NCBI GenBank assembly: GCA_964431545.1
Contig: CAYSLC010000001.1
Span: 44,386-108,385, forward strand
Direction of reading: 5' to 3'
DNA length: 64,000 bases
Origin: an uncultured Desulfobacteraceae bacterium
GTDB taxonomy: Bacteria > Desulfobacterota > Desulfobacteria > Desulfobacterales > JAABSP01
Shown: one piece after another, positions 55,513 through 64,000 of the stretch
How positions within the stretch are numbered: position 1 is the first letter of the stretch
Layout: each line of letters opens with the position of its first letter
The notes under the pieces: generated by a model
What the model was told of the DNA's origin: nothing
Databases searched by the model: none
The model's input: the letters and a program-made list of their open reading frames with translations, nothing else
Made by a program: the position numbers and the translations under genes

Positions 55513-57144
55513 ATGACGGAAGTCCTCCTCATCCAGCCCCCGATCCGGGATTTTTACATGACCGCCAAGCGGACCCTCCCCTATGGCCTGGCCGCGGTCG
55601 CGGCGGCCCTGATGCGGGAGGGGGTCTCCGTTTCGATCCTAGACGGGCTGGCCACCCGCAAGCGCCGAACGCTCCCTTTCCCCCCGGAGATGGCGTTTCT
55701 GAAAACCCACTACGGAACCCCGGACCGGTCGCCGTTCGCACTCTTCGGGGGATTCAGCCATTTCGGCCTGAGTTTCGAACACCTGGGCCGGTCGGCCCGG
55801 GCCTCGGGCGCGGTTCTTGTGGGGATCTCCTCCCTCTTCACCGCCTACGCGGGGGAGGCGGCGCTGGCCGCCGAGGCCGTGAAGCGCCACCACCCGGACT
55901 GCCGGGTGGTCCTGGGGGGCCACCATCCCACGGTCCTGCCGGAGGCGGCCATGGCCTGCGACGCCGTGGACTACGTCCTCCGGGGGGAGGGGGAGGTCTC
56001 CCTGCCAGCCCTCGCGGCGTCGGTCCGGGAGGGGAGGGTCCCTTGGGAGGTGCCGGGCATTGTCCATCGGAAGCCCGAAGGCGGGCTCCGGATCACCCCG
56101 CCCGCCTTCATGGAGCGGCTGGAGGATCACCCCTTTCCGAACCTCGACCTGATTTCCAGGAGATTCTACCGGCGGAAGCAGGGGGGGAGCGCGGTGGTGG
56201 TGGCCAGCCGGGGGTGCCCGATGAAATGCAGCTATTGCGCCCTCGGGGAGTTCCCGGTGCCGTACCGGAGACGAGGCGTCCCCGCCGTGCTTTCGGAGAT
56301 CGAACACGCGGTGGTGCGGCATGGGGCGGGATTTATCGACTTCGAGGACGAAAACCTCTCCCTGGACCGCCGGTGGTTCCTCGATCTCCTGTCCGGGATC
56401 GCGGAACGGTTCCGACCCGGTCCGCCCGAACTCCGGGCCATGAACGGCCTCTTTCCCCCCACCTTGGACGCGCCGGTGGTGACCGCCATGAAGGCGGCGG
56501 GATTCCGGGCACTCAACCTTTCCCTGGGGACCTTCCATCCCGGTCAACTGGGGCGGTTCAACCGGCCGGACGTCCGGGAGGGGCTCCTTGGTGCCCTCCG
56601 TCTGGCCGCCGTTCATGACCTTTCGGCGGTCACCTACATCATCGCCGGCGCCCCCGGTCAGTATGGGGCCGACACCGTGGATGACCTGCTCCACCTCTCC
56701 GCTTTGCCCACGCTCTCCGGCGTCTCCGTCTTCTATCCGGCTCCGGGCAGCGCCGACTACCGGCGATGCCGGGACCGGCGGTTGCTGCCGGGATCGTTCT
56801 CCCTGATGCGGGCCAGCGCCCTGCCCATCTCCGACACCACAACCCGTCTGGAAGCGGCGACCCTGCTGCGGCTGGGAAGGATCCTCAACTTCATGAAGGA
56901 ACTCGCCGGCCGGGGACTGCCGATTCCAAGGCCGGCTCCCGTCCCCGTCGGGTCCGTCCTCGATCCCGGGGATCGCCGGGCATCGGGTATGGCCCTGTTG
57001 GGCGGATTCCTCCACGACGGCCGGATCCGCGGCGTGACCCCCGGCGGCGAGGTCTTTGCGCATCCCGTCGCCCCGGAGCTGACCCGACGGTTTCTGTCCG
57101 GCATCGAACCGGACGCCGTGGCGGCGCCCCGGCGTCCGCGGTAG
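55513..57144 (+). CDS. B12-binding-domain radical SAM protein (third in window)
   Basis: 543 aa. The N-terminal B12-like domain reads VLLIQPP..LVGISSLFT..VLGGHH. The cluster motif is SRGCPMKCSYC. Confidence 0.8.
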   Translation: MTEVLLIQPPIRDFYMTAKRTLPYGLAAVAAALMREGVSVSILDGLATRKRRTLPFPPEMAFLKTHYGTPDRSPFALFGGFSHFGLSFEHLGRSARASGAVLVGISSLFTAYAGEAALAAEAVKRHHPDCRVVLGGHHPTVLPEAAMACDAVDYVLRGEGEVSLPALAASVREGRVPWEVPGIVHRKPEGGLRITPPAFMERLEDHPFPNLDLISRRFYRRKQGGSAVVVASRGCPMKCSYCALGEFPVPYRRRGVPAVLSEIEHAVVRHGAGFIDFEDENLSLDRRWFLDLLSGIAERFRPGPPELRAMNGLFPPTLDAPVVTAMKAAGFRALNLSLGTFHPGQLGRFNRPDVREGLLGALRLAAVHDLSAVTYIIAGAPGQYGADTVDDLLHLSALPTLSGVSVFYPAPGSADYRRCRDRRLLPGSFSLMRASALPISDTTTRLEAATLLRLGRILNFMKELAGRGLPIPRPAPVPVGSVLDPGDRRASGMALLGGFLHDGRIRGVTPGGEVFAHPVAPELTRRFLSGIEPDAVAAPRRPR

Positions 57145-57148
57145 CCCT

Positions 57149-58273
57149 TTAGATCCGGACCAGTTCGTAGGCGCGCGAGCCCAGCCCGAGCTTCTCCGCG
57201 TATTCGAGCTGGATGGGCCATTCCACCTTGGGGTAGAGGGTCTTGAACTTGTCCACGCCGCACTCCTTGCTCGACTCCAGACACGAGCCGGCCAGGGCCG
57301 GCTCTTCGTTGATCAGGTCCACCGCCGCCTGATCGATGGCCACCGGATCGGAGGACGCCACGATCCCGATATCCCGCACAATGGCGGCATCGTTGTATCC
57401 GTAGCAGTCGCAGGCCGGGGAGACGTTGGTGATGAAGTTGATGAAGAGACTCCGGTCCTCCTTGCCCTTGAGCACCGCCACGGTGTACTCCACCATCTTC
57501 TCCAGAAAGACCGGCACCGAGGTGTCCCACTGGATCTGGATCGCCTCGTTGGGGCAGATCAGGATGCACTCCCCGCACCCGATGCACGTCTCCTCGTCGA
57601 TCCTCGCCTTCTCCTTGCCCTCCCGGGCCTGGGTCAGCGCGATGGCCCCCTGGGAACAGTGGGGAATACAATCCCCGCAGCCGATACACTTTTTGGCCTT
57701 CACCTTGGGGGAGAGGTTGGAGTGCTGGGCCAGCTTCCCCCGCCGGGAGGCGCACCCCATCCCCAGGTTTTTGATGGTCCCTCCGAATCCGGACAGCTCA
57801 TGTCCCTTGAAGTGGGCCACGGAGATCAGCGCGTCGGCCTCCACGATCTCGGTGCCGATGTAGGCCGTCTCGATATGCTTGCCCTGGATCGGGATGGGCT
57901 CCTCGGTCCGGCCCCGGAGCCCGTCGGCGATCACCAGGGGCGCCTCCACCACCGCATAGGCGAACCCGTTCTGGATGGCCGTGGTCAGATGGGTCGGGGT
58001 GTCGCTCCGGGTGCCGGCGTAGAGGGTGTTGGCGTCGGTGAGAAAGGGGATGCCCCCGGCGGCCTTGATCCGCTCCACCACCCGCCGGACGTAGATCGGC
58101 CGGATGAAGGCGGTGTTCCCGGCCTCCCCGAAGTGAAGCTTCACCGCCACCAGATCCCGTTTTTTGAACCGGCGGCCCATCTCCGCCGCTTCCAGAAGCC
58201 GTGAAAGCTTCACCAGAAGATTCTCCTTGGGGGTGGTTCTCAGATCCATGAAATAGACATTGGGCTTCATCAT
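57149..58273 (-). CDS. DUF362-domain protein with 2x[4Fe-4S] ferredoxin insert
   Basis: The start is at MMKPNVYFMDL after AAGGAGAAGG. The two ferredoxin motifs are CIGCGDCIPHC and CIGCGECILICP. The flanking DUF362-like sequence includes FLTDANTLY and HFKGHELSGFGG. Confidence 0.8.
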   Translation of the reverse strand: MMKPNVYFMDLRTTPKENLLVKLSRLLEAAEMGRRFKKRDLVAVKLHFGEAGNTAFIRPIYVRRVVERIKAAGGIPFLTDANTLYAGTRSDTPTHLTTAIQNGFAYAVVEAPLVIADGLRGRTEEPIPIQGKHIETAYIGTEIVEADALISVAHFKGHELSGFGGTIKNLGMGCASRRGKLAQHSNLSPKVKAKKCIGCGDCIPHCSQGAIALTQAREGKEKARIDEETCIGCGECILICPNEAIQIQWDTSVPVFLEKMVEYTVAVLKGKEDRSLFINFITNVSPACDCYGYNDAAIVRDIGIVASSDPVAIDQAAVDLINEEPALAGSCLESSKECGVDKFKTLYPKVEWPIQLEYAEKLGLGSRAYELVRI

Positions 58274-58607
58274 CCTTCTCCTTACATGATTATGTGGGGG
58301 CTGAAACAAAATCGGATCATTGCGGCCGAGTCGGAAACCCTACGGGGGCAAGGAGATCTTGTCAAGGCCCGATCGGACGGAGTCGCCGCACCCGTCCGGG
58401 TCCTACGGACTGCACGGTCGGTTTACCGTGAGAACGAAAGGGATATGGAGTCTTTCCTCGCCTCAAGTTAGGGGATGACCCCATATACATCCCGCGGTCT
58501 CCGCGGGTATGATGAATCTACATTTGGAAAGGGAAAGGGTTGAACCGTAACTTCGAACCCGAAGGTTGGAGGCTCCAACCGAAACAGAAAAATAGGAGGA
58601 CCGAAAA

Positions 58608-58745
58608 ATGGCTGAAGAAAGAGACAGAGTCAAGGAAGGCAAGGATGAGCGTCAGGAAGAAATGGACAAGAAGGATGTGAAAGAGGTCCATGAATATCCG
58701 GAAGCCGAAGGGGATACCAAGAAGGACGTACCCCCCGGCACCTGA
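58608..58745 (+). CDS. 45-aa highly charged small protein (not in ORF track)
   Basis: ATG at 58608, with ATAGGAGGA 8 nt upstream. The translation is MAEERDRVKEGKDERQEEMDKKDVKEVHEYPEAEGDTKKDVPPGT. The stop at 58743-58745 is followed by two hairpins and a strong terminator. Confidence 0.5.
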   Translation: MAEERDRVKEGKDERQEEMDKKDVKEVHEYPEAEGDTKKDVPPGT

Positions 58746-58784
58746 TGGTCCCTGGCGCGGGACGCGCCATCCATACAAAAAAAA

Positions 58785-58817
58785 AGAGGAGGGGAAATTT
58801 CCCCTCCTCTTTTTTTA
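58785..58817 (+). terminator. strong intrinsic terminator
   Basis: AGAGGAGGGG-aaattt-CCCCTCCTCT is a perfect 10-bp stem followed by TTTTTTT. It is also preceded by an A-run. Confidence 0.85.
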
Positions 58818-58832
58818 TGGCGGAATTGAAAA

Positions 58833-58861
58833 TTGAAGTCCGGCAAGGAATCGTGTAGGAT
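58833..58861 (+). promoter_or_regulatory. possible sigma-70 promoter (TTGAAG-N17-TAGGAT) for the formamidase gene
   Basis: Read directly in the low-GC gap, about 55 nt upstream of the ATG at 58915. Confidence 0.3.
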
Positions 58862-58914
58862 CCCTCGATACAGATTCGATCTCTTCAAGATAGCGACTTC
58901 CAGCGGAGTCTCCC

Positions 58915-59862
58915 ATGAAGATCACACCCGATTACACGATCCACAAGGATAGCCGCCACTACGGCTGGGACAACTCTCTCAGGCCCGCGTTGACCGTGGC
59001 CCCCGGAGACGTGGTGAGTTTCGAGGTCCCCGACGCCTCCGGGGGGCAGTTTTCACGGGCGTCCGAGGTCCGGGACATCGCCCGCCTCGATTTTTTCAGC
59101 GTCAACCCGGTCACCGGCCCGGTCCGGGTGGATGGGGCCGAACCCGGCGACGCCCTGAAGATCACGCTTCTGGAGTTCGCCCTGGCCGACTGGGGATGGA
59201 CCGCCATTCTTCCCGGCTTCGGGCTGCTGGCGGACGACTTCCCGGAACCGGCCCTGCACATCTGGCGGTTCGCCCCCGAGATCGGGGCACTGGCCGAATA
59301 CGGGCCCGGCGGACGGGTCCCCATCCGGCCTTTCCCCGGAACCATCGGCCTGGCGCCCGCCGCCGCCGGTCTCCACGAGGTGATCTGTCCCCGCCGGGTC
59401 GGGGGGAACCTGGACACCCGGGACCTCACCCAGGGGACGGTCCTTTATCTGCCGGTGGAGGTGGACGGCGCCCTGCTCTCCATCGGGGACGGCCACGCGG
59501 CCCAGGGGGACGGCGAGGTCTGCGGCACGGCCATCGAGAGCCCCTTCCGCCTGACGGTGAAGCTGGAGCTGGAGAAGGGGGCGGCCCCGCCCTTTCCGCG
59601 GTTCGTCACCGACAGACCGGTCACCCGCCACATCGACGGGCACGGCTACGAGGTCACCACCGGCGTGGGGCCGGACCTCATGGCCTCGGCCCGGGCGGCG
59701 GTGGCGGCCATGATCGACCGGCTCGCCGCCCGCCACAGGATGTCTCCCCCCGAGGCGTACATGCTCTGCAGTGTCTGCGCCGATCTGCGCATCACCGAGA
59801 TCGTGGACGCGCCCCACTGGGTGGTGGGCTGCTACTTTCCGCTGGCGGTCTTCGCCGGCTGA
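58915..59862 (+). CDS. acetamidase/formamidase-family amidohydrolase
   Basis: 315 aa. NPVTGPVRVDGAEPGDAL, GGNLDTRDL and GDGHAAQGDGEVCGTAIE are hallmark FmdA/AmdA segments. Confidence 0.85.
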   Translation: MKITPDYTIHKDSRHYGWDNSLRPALTVAPGDVVSFEVPDASGGQFSRASEVRDIARLDFFSVNPVTGPVRVDGAEPGDALKITLLEFALADWGWTAILPGFGLLADDFPEPALHIWRFAPEIGALAEYGPGGRVPIRPFPGTIGLAPAAAGLHEVICPRRVGGNLDTRDLTQGTVLYLPVEVDGALLSIGDGHAAQGDGEVCGTAIESPFRLTVKLELEKGAAPPFPRFVTDRPVTRHIDGHGYEVTTGVGPDLMASARAAVAAMIDRLAARHRMSPPEAYMLCSVCADLRITEIVDAPHWVVGCYFPLAVFAG

Positions 59863-59897
59863 TCAAGGGGAGGACGGCGCCCGTTTCCGGGCGGAAC

Positions 59898-60734
59898 CTA
59901 CAGGCACCTATTGACGATCTCCCCCACCTTCTCCACCCGGCAGGCCACCACGTCGCCGGCCGACAGGGTGACGGGGGGATCCCGGAAGATGCCGACACCG
60001 GCCGGGGTGCCGGTGGAGATGATGTCGCCGGGCAGCAGGGTCATGTCCCGGCTGATGAATTCGATGAGGAAGGGGATGTCGAAGATCAGGTCCCGGGTGT
60101 TGCCCGACTGCATCGGTCGATCGTTGACCCGGGATTCCACTGCCAGGGCCCCGGGGTCGGGGATCTCGTCGGGGGTGACCAGGCAGGGGCCGAGGGGCGC
60201 GAAGGTGTCGAAGGATTTCCCCCGGAACCACTGGCCGTCGCCGAACTGGGCCTCGCGCCCCGAGACATCGTTCATCACGGTGTATCCGGCCACATATTGG
60301 AACGCCTCGGCCCGTCGGATCCGCTTCCCCTCCCGGCCGATGACCACCGCTAGCTCCGCCTCCCAGTCCACCTGGCCGCTCGATTCGGGCAGTTCGATGG
60401 GGTCGGTGGGGCCGGCGAGGGCCGTGGTCGCCTTGCAGAAGAGCAGGGGCCGCTCCGGGGCGTCGAAGCCCCCCTCCCTGGCGTGTTCGGCGTAGTTTTT
60501 CCCCAGGCAGATGATCTTGGAGGGGCGGTGGACCGGCGGGCCGAACCGGATCTCCATCGGCTCTCCGGGCTGGTCGGCCGCGGCCCGGGCCGCCCGATCG
60601 AGCCACCCCTCCCGGAAGAACCGCTCGCAGATGTCCGGAACCTCCGGGAGGCGTTTCCGAAGGTCGACGATCCCTTCCGCCGTGAGCACGCCGGGGCGTT
60701 CCGCCCCCTTCTCTCCGAATCGAATCAGTCGCAT
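59898..60734 (-). CDS. fumarylacetoacetate hydrolase (FAH)-family protein
   Basis: 278 aa. The sequence MRLIRF.., WEAELAVVIG, NDVSGRE and GDIISTGTPAGVG fits the FAH fold pattern. Confidence 0.85.
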   Translation of the reverse strand: MRLIRFGEKGAERPGVLTAEGIVDLRKRLPEVPDICERFFREGWLDRAARAAADQPGEPMEIRFGPPVHRPSKIICLGKNYAEHAREGGFDAPERPLLFCKATTALAGPTDPIELPESSGQVDWEAELAVVIGREGKRIRRAEAFQYVAGYTVMNDVSGREAQFGDGQWFRGKSFDTFAPLGPCLVTPDEIPDPGALAVESRVNDRPMQSGNTRDLIFDIPFLIEFISRDMTLLPGDIISTGTPAGVGIFRDPPVTLSAGDVVACRVEKVGEIVNRCL

Positions 60735-61498
60735 GGGTTTTCCGTTTCCTTTTCCCGGCGTCCGTCCCGGTGGCGCTTGCCGCCGTACCAGTCGATCTGC
60801 CGGCAGATCCCCCGGATGATGGCCACCTCCTTGGCCCGCAGGGGATAGCGGCCGAAGAACTGGCGGAGGTTGTCCACCCAGTACGCGGGATTTTCGGGGT
60901 TGATGTAGGAGATCTTCACCAGGGTGTCGGCCAGCTGGGCGTACATGGCGTCCAGCTCGAACCGGCTGGCCAGCCGGGGGACGTACCGCTTCGTCTCCGG
61001 CAGGCCGGCCCGGAAGAGTTCGTAGCAGACCACCAGGACGGCCTGGGCCAGGTTGAGGGAGGAGAATTCCGCCGTGGGGATGTTGACCAGGGTGTGGCTG
61101 AACCGGATCTCGTCATTGGTCAGCCCGGCGTCCTCGGGGCCGAAGACGACGGCGACCCGGTTCTCCCGGCTGATCTCCACCAGTTGGCGGGCCAGGGTCT
61201 TCGGGGTGATGACGTTCCGCCGCCGGTCCCCGAGGCGGGCCGTGGTGCAGGCCACGTAGCCGAAGGGGCCGAGGGCCGTGGGCAGGTCCCCGTGATGCTC
61301 GATGGCCTCCACGATGTCCGACGCCCCCTGGGTGGCCATCATCCGGACCCTGGCCGGGTCGAAGTTCTTCGGGGCCACCACCAGGAGCCGGGACAACCCC
61401 ATGTTGCGCATGGCCCGGGCCGCGGCCCCGATGTTTTCGGGGATCTGGGGGCGGTGGAGAACGATGGAAACGTTCTCCAGGCGGACCCGCTCGGTCAT
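60725..61498 (-). CDS. trmJ: SpoU/TrmH-class RNA 2'-O-methyltransferase (TrmJ-like)
   Basis: 257 aa. [33 protein letters not shown] and [14 protein letters not shown] are the SPOUT knot motifs. Confidence 0.8.
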   Translation of the reverse strand: MTERVRLENVSIVLHRPQIPENIGAAARAMRNMGLSRLLVVAPKNFDPARVRMMATQGASDIVEAIEHHGDLPTALGPFGYVACTTARLGDRRRNVITPKTLARQLVEISRENRVAVVFGPEDAGLTNDEIRFSHTLVNIPTAEFSSLNLAQAVLVVCYELFRAGLPETKRYVPRLASRFELDAMYAQLADTLVKISYINPENPAYWVDNLRQFFGRYPLRAKEVAIIRGICRQIDWYGGKRHRDGRREKETENPCD

Positions 61499-61914
61499 CC
61501 GCCCACGATCTCCAGCTTGTTGAAGAAGTAGCCGATCTCGAAGGCGGCGGTCTCGGGGGCGTCGGAGCCGTGGACCACGTTTTTCTCCACATCGGTGGCG
61601 AAGTCCTTCCGGATGGTCCCCTCGGCGGCGTCCTTGGGGTTGGTGGCGCCCATGAGTTCCCGGTTCCGCTTGATCACGTCGTCCCCCTCCAGCACCAGGA
61701 CCACGCAGGGGCCAGACGACATGAAGTCGGTGACGGAGTCGAAGAAAGGCCGCTCCCGGTGGACGTTGTAGAAGCCCTGGGCCTGGGCCTTGGTCATCCG
61801 GATCATCTTCATGGCGGCCACCTTGATGCCGTTTTTTTCGAACCGGCGGATCACCTCGCCGGCCAGCCCCCGGGAGATTCCGTCCGGCTTGATAATCGAT
61901 AATGTTCTTTCCAT
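61495..61914 (-). CDS. ndk: nucleoside-diphosphate kinase
   Basis: The start is at [12 protein letters not shown] after AAAGGA. NVVHGSD contains the catalytic His. 139 aa. The 11 upstream track codons are not needed. Confidence 0.95.
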   Translation of the reverse strand: MERTLSIIKPDGISRGLAGEVIRRFEKNGIKVAAMKMIRMTKAQAQGFYNVHRERPFFDSVTDFMSSGPCVVLVLEGDDVIKRNRELMGATNPKDAAEGTIRKDFATDVEKNVVHGSDAPETAAFEIGYFFNKLEIVGG

Positions 61915-62131
61915 GCTGTCGTCATCCTTTCCGAAATGAGGGTACATTATAATGAAGGTACATTATGAGGTTACGTGGCCCGTGGCATAACAGAAGCCCT
62001 TCCGGGAGTCAACCGCCATAACAGTGGCCGGAATCGTCCCGCGGCGGTGGATAAGTCCTTGAGATTCCGGAGGGCGTGTGGTAGCTATGGAACGAAGGCC
62101 AAATTCCTGGTGAGGACGAGGAGGACGGGTG

Positions 62132-63493
62132 ATGGCGGACAGACAGCGGCTCGTGTTCGGGCTCTTGGGGGCGGGATTGGCCGCGCTCGTGGGGGCGGTG
62201 GTCCTGATGCTCCTGCCCGGGGCCGGGGAACGCTCCGGCCCGGAGACCCGCCGGAGCCCGGGAGGGAAAACAGAGACGGCGGTGCGCCTCGACGGCCGCC
62301 GGGTGACGGTCCTCACCAACCATCCCCATGCGCGGTCCGCCGAGGCTCTGGGAAAATGGTTCGAGGCGGAGACCGGCGCGGTGGTCCGCAACCTGGTCCT
62401 CGATTACAAGGAGGCCCTTCGGTATACCCTGGAGGATGCCGCCTCCCCGTCCCCGAAGCTCGATGTGGCCATGGTCTGGTACGTCCACCTGGGGGCCCTG
62501 GTGGAGGCCGGCGCCCTGGTCGACCTCACCGATTTCATCGCCGAAAACGCGACGTACCTCCAGGTCGACGACTTTCTGCCAGGGCTGTGGGACACCTACA
62601 CCCTGTACCACGGCCGGAGATGGGGGATCCCCTACGACGGCGACACCCACATCCTTTTCTACCGGCCGTCGATACTGGAGAGGCACGGCCTCTCCCCGCC
62701 GGAGACCTGGGACGACTACCTCCACGTGGCCCGGACCATCACCGGGGCGGAGGGGGAAAACGGGATCTTCGGCGCGGCGATCATGGCGCCCCGGATCCCC
62801 ATCATCCTGATCTCCAGCTTTATGAACCGGCTGGGGGGGTACGGCGGCAGACTCCTGGACGAAGACGGCCGACCGGCCCTGACGACGCCCGAGACGGTGG
62901 CGGCCCTCCGGGACATGGTTCTCCAGGGCCGGTACGCGCTGCCCACTCCCCTGGAGACCGATTGGGAGGTCTCCAGGGACGCTTTTCTCGGGGGGCGGGT
63001 GGCCATGGTGGAACAGTGGACCGACTTCGGGCTGATGGCGGAGGATCCGTCCCAGTCCCTCATTCAGGGGGATTGGGACGCGGTGCGCATGCCGAGGGGC
63101 CCGGAGCCCGGAGGACGTCACGCCCCGGCCCTCAACGCCGGGTACTGCCTCTCCATTTCCACCGGCTCCCGGGATCCGGAGGCGGCCCGGGCTTACATGC
63201 TCTTCGCCTCCCGGCCCGACATCACCCTGAGACTCAACCTGATGGTGGGCGGGATCGATCCGGTGCGCAAGTCGGTGCTCCGGTCCAGGGAATACCGCGA
63301 CTTCGCCCCCCGGATCAGCCGGGCGGTCCAGGCCGCCCTGAAGGAGGCGACCCCGTGGCCCAAGATCCCCCAGGCCCCGGCCATGCTCATGGGGCTCACC
63401 GACGGCATCATCCTGGCTTTGGAGGGCAAGGAGAGGCCGGAACAGGCTTTGGCAAGGGTGCGGGAGCAGTGGGAGACCATGATCCCTCGCTGA
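62132..63493 (+). CDS. ABC-type extracellular solute-binding protein (family 1), membrane-anchored/secreted
   Basis: The ATG at 62132 lies 6 nt after GAGGAGGA; the track uses the GTG at 62129. The N-terminal hydrophobic anchor reads LVFGLLGAGLAALVGAVVLMLL. The body is family-1 SBP-like. Confidence 0.75.
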   Translation: MADRQRLVFGLLGAGLAALVGAVVLMLLPGAGERSGPETRRSPGGKTETAVRLDGRRVTVLTNHPHARSAEALGKWFEAETGAVVRNLVLDYKEALRYTLEDAASPSPKLDVAMVWYVHLGALVEAGALVDLTDFIAENATYLQVDDFLPGLWDTYTLYHGRRWGIPYDGDTHILFYRPSILERHGLSPPETWDDYLHVARTITGAEGENGIFGAAIMAPRIPIILISSFMNRLGGYGGRLLDEDGRPALTTPETVAALRDMVLQGRYALPTPLETDWEVSRDAFLGGRVAMVEQWTDFGLMAEDPSQSLIQGDWDAVRMPRGPEPGGRHAPALNAGYCLSISTGSRDPEAARAYMLFASRPDITLRLNLMVGGIDPVRKSVLRSREYRDFAPRISRAVQAALKEATPWPKIPQAPAMLMGLTDGIILALEGKERPEQALARVREQWETMIPR

Positions 63494-63542
63494 GCCCCCG
63501 CCGGGCCGGGATTACCCACAGCCACCCAAGATCATCCCATCC

Positions 63543-64000
63543 ATGAGGCGCCAACGGTTTACCTTCCTCTTTTGGCACAAGATCCTGCTGCTGTTGACGG
63601 CCAGTATCGTCATGCTCACCGTGGGGCTCGGCCTGGCCACCTGGCGCACCCTGGGCGAGGCCACCCAGGAGATGACCGGAGAGACCGGGGCCATCTTCTC
63701 CTCCCAGACCGAAACCTTCATCCAGAAGCTGGTGCAGAGCCAGGCGGCCACCCTCGACGTGCAACTGGAGAACGTCCGGGCATCCGCGGGGTACGGCGCC
63801 TTCCACATGGCGGAAAATCTCGGCCACCATTCCCTGGACGAGATCCCCATCCAGGAGGTCATGGTTCGCCTCCACCGGAACGTCCGCCACTGCGTGGCGG
63901 TCTACTATATCGGCATGGATGGGCGATCGAAGGTCTATCCGCCGCCGGATTCCGGGACCACACCGCCGGACGGCCACGGGATGCTCCTGCAGCCCTTTTT
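63543..64000 (+). CDS. N-terminus of a Cache-like periplasmic sensor protein (runs off the window)
   Basis: Own translation: MRRQRFTFLFWHKILLLLTASIVMLTVGLGLATW..QKLVQSQAATLDVQLENVRASAGYGAF..VAVYYIGMDGRSKVYPP. It consists of a TM helix followed by a Cache-like N-terminal helix and beta start. The output domain is not visible. Confidence 0.55.
   Translation, partial: MRRQRFTFLFWHKILLLLTASIVMLTVGLGLATWRTLGEATQEMTGETGAIFSSQTETFIQKLVQSQAATLDVQLENVRASAGYGAFHMAENLGHHSLDEIPIQEVMVRLHRNVRHCVAVYYIGMDGRSKVYPPPDSGTTPPDGHGMLLQPF

Noticed and set aside
58518-58888. Minus-strand ORFs 58518..58778 (86 aa) and 58652..58888 (78 aa)
   Set aside because: They run through the terminator hairpin and antisense to the RBS-equipped 45-aa ORF. 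They have no RBS and a low-complexity Phe/Leu/Ser translation.
63574-63589. TGGCAC-containing sequence (TGGCACAAGATCCTGC) that resembles a sigma-54 -24 element
   Set aside because: The GC of the -12 element is displaced by one nucleotite relative to TGGCAC-N5-TTGC, and the site lies inside the sensor coding region. Similar partial matches at about 6878 and 30108 were rejected for the same reasons.

Overview
A visibly GC-rich bacterial chromosomal segment. Its gene content suggests an anaerobic Desulfobacterota/deltaproteobacterium-like organism (inference only): sigma-54 activator, many Cache/PAS kinases, numerous radical-SAM and Fe-S proteins, a NifX-like protein and TauE. I support about 65 protein genes, one tRNA-Gly(CCC), and a few promoters and terminators. 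I saw no rRNA, CRISPR array, transposase or integrase.

Layout:
- 1-0.7 kb: an MreB gene, truncated by the window edge, that carries an unusual N-terminal double zinc ribbon.
- 1.5-6.5 kb: a class II aldolase and a large hybrid sensor kinase whose two phospho-histidines are substituted.
- 6.5-20.6 kb: an orphan type-II FAS/PKS-like lipid cluster. It has 2 ACPs, 2 ketosynthases, FabG, 3 hotdog dehydratases plus a PKS-type DH, a thioesterase, a LolA-like carrier and a lipoprotein. It also has four radical-SAM enzymes (two B12-type) and a cysteine-less LpdA-like flavoprotein. I consider this the best candidate for an undescribed system.
- 20.8-22.9 kb: a CBS protein and a DASS transporter.
- 23.0-33.8 kb: one long minus-strand signalling array (TauE, membrane protein, CBS, sigma-54 EBP, NifX-like, two Cache kinases, a degenerate kinase, four receivers, one pseudo-receiver, a 60-aa protein). 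It has an internal textbook sigma-54 promoter and a recurring MAA[TA]FAEAGE peptide motif.
- 34.0-40.8 kb: an amidohydrolase, a proline-racemase-family enzyme and an ABC importer.
- 41.0-54.1 kb: a housekeeping block (MBL, dut, M16 peptidase, pnp, rpsO, truB, nrnA, rbfA, DUF503, infB, nusA, rimP, led by tRNA-Gly).
- 54.2-64.0 kb: small membrane proteins, a third B12 radical-SAM, a DUF362 Fe-S protein, a 45-aa charged ORF, formamidase, FAH, trmJ, ndk, and a binding protein plus Cache sensor.

Many long track ORFs are GC-driven antisense artefacts and were rejected. All calls come from reading the translations. No database search was run.
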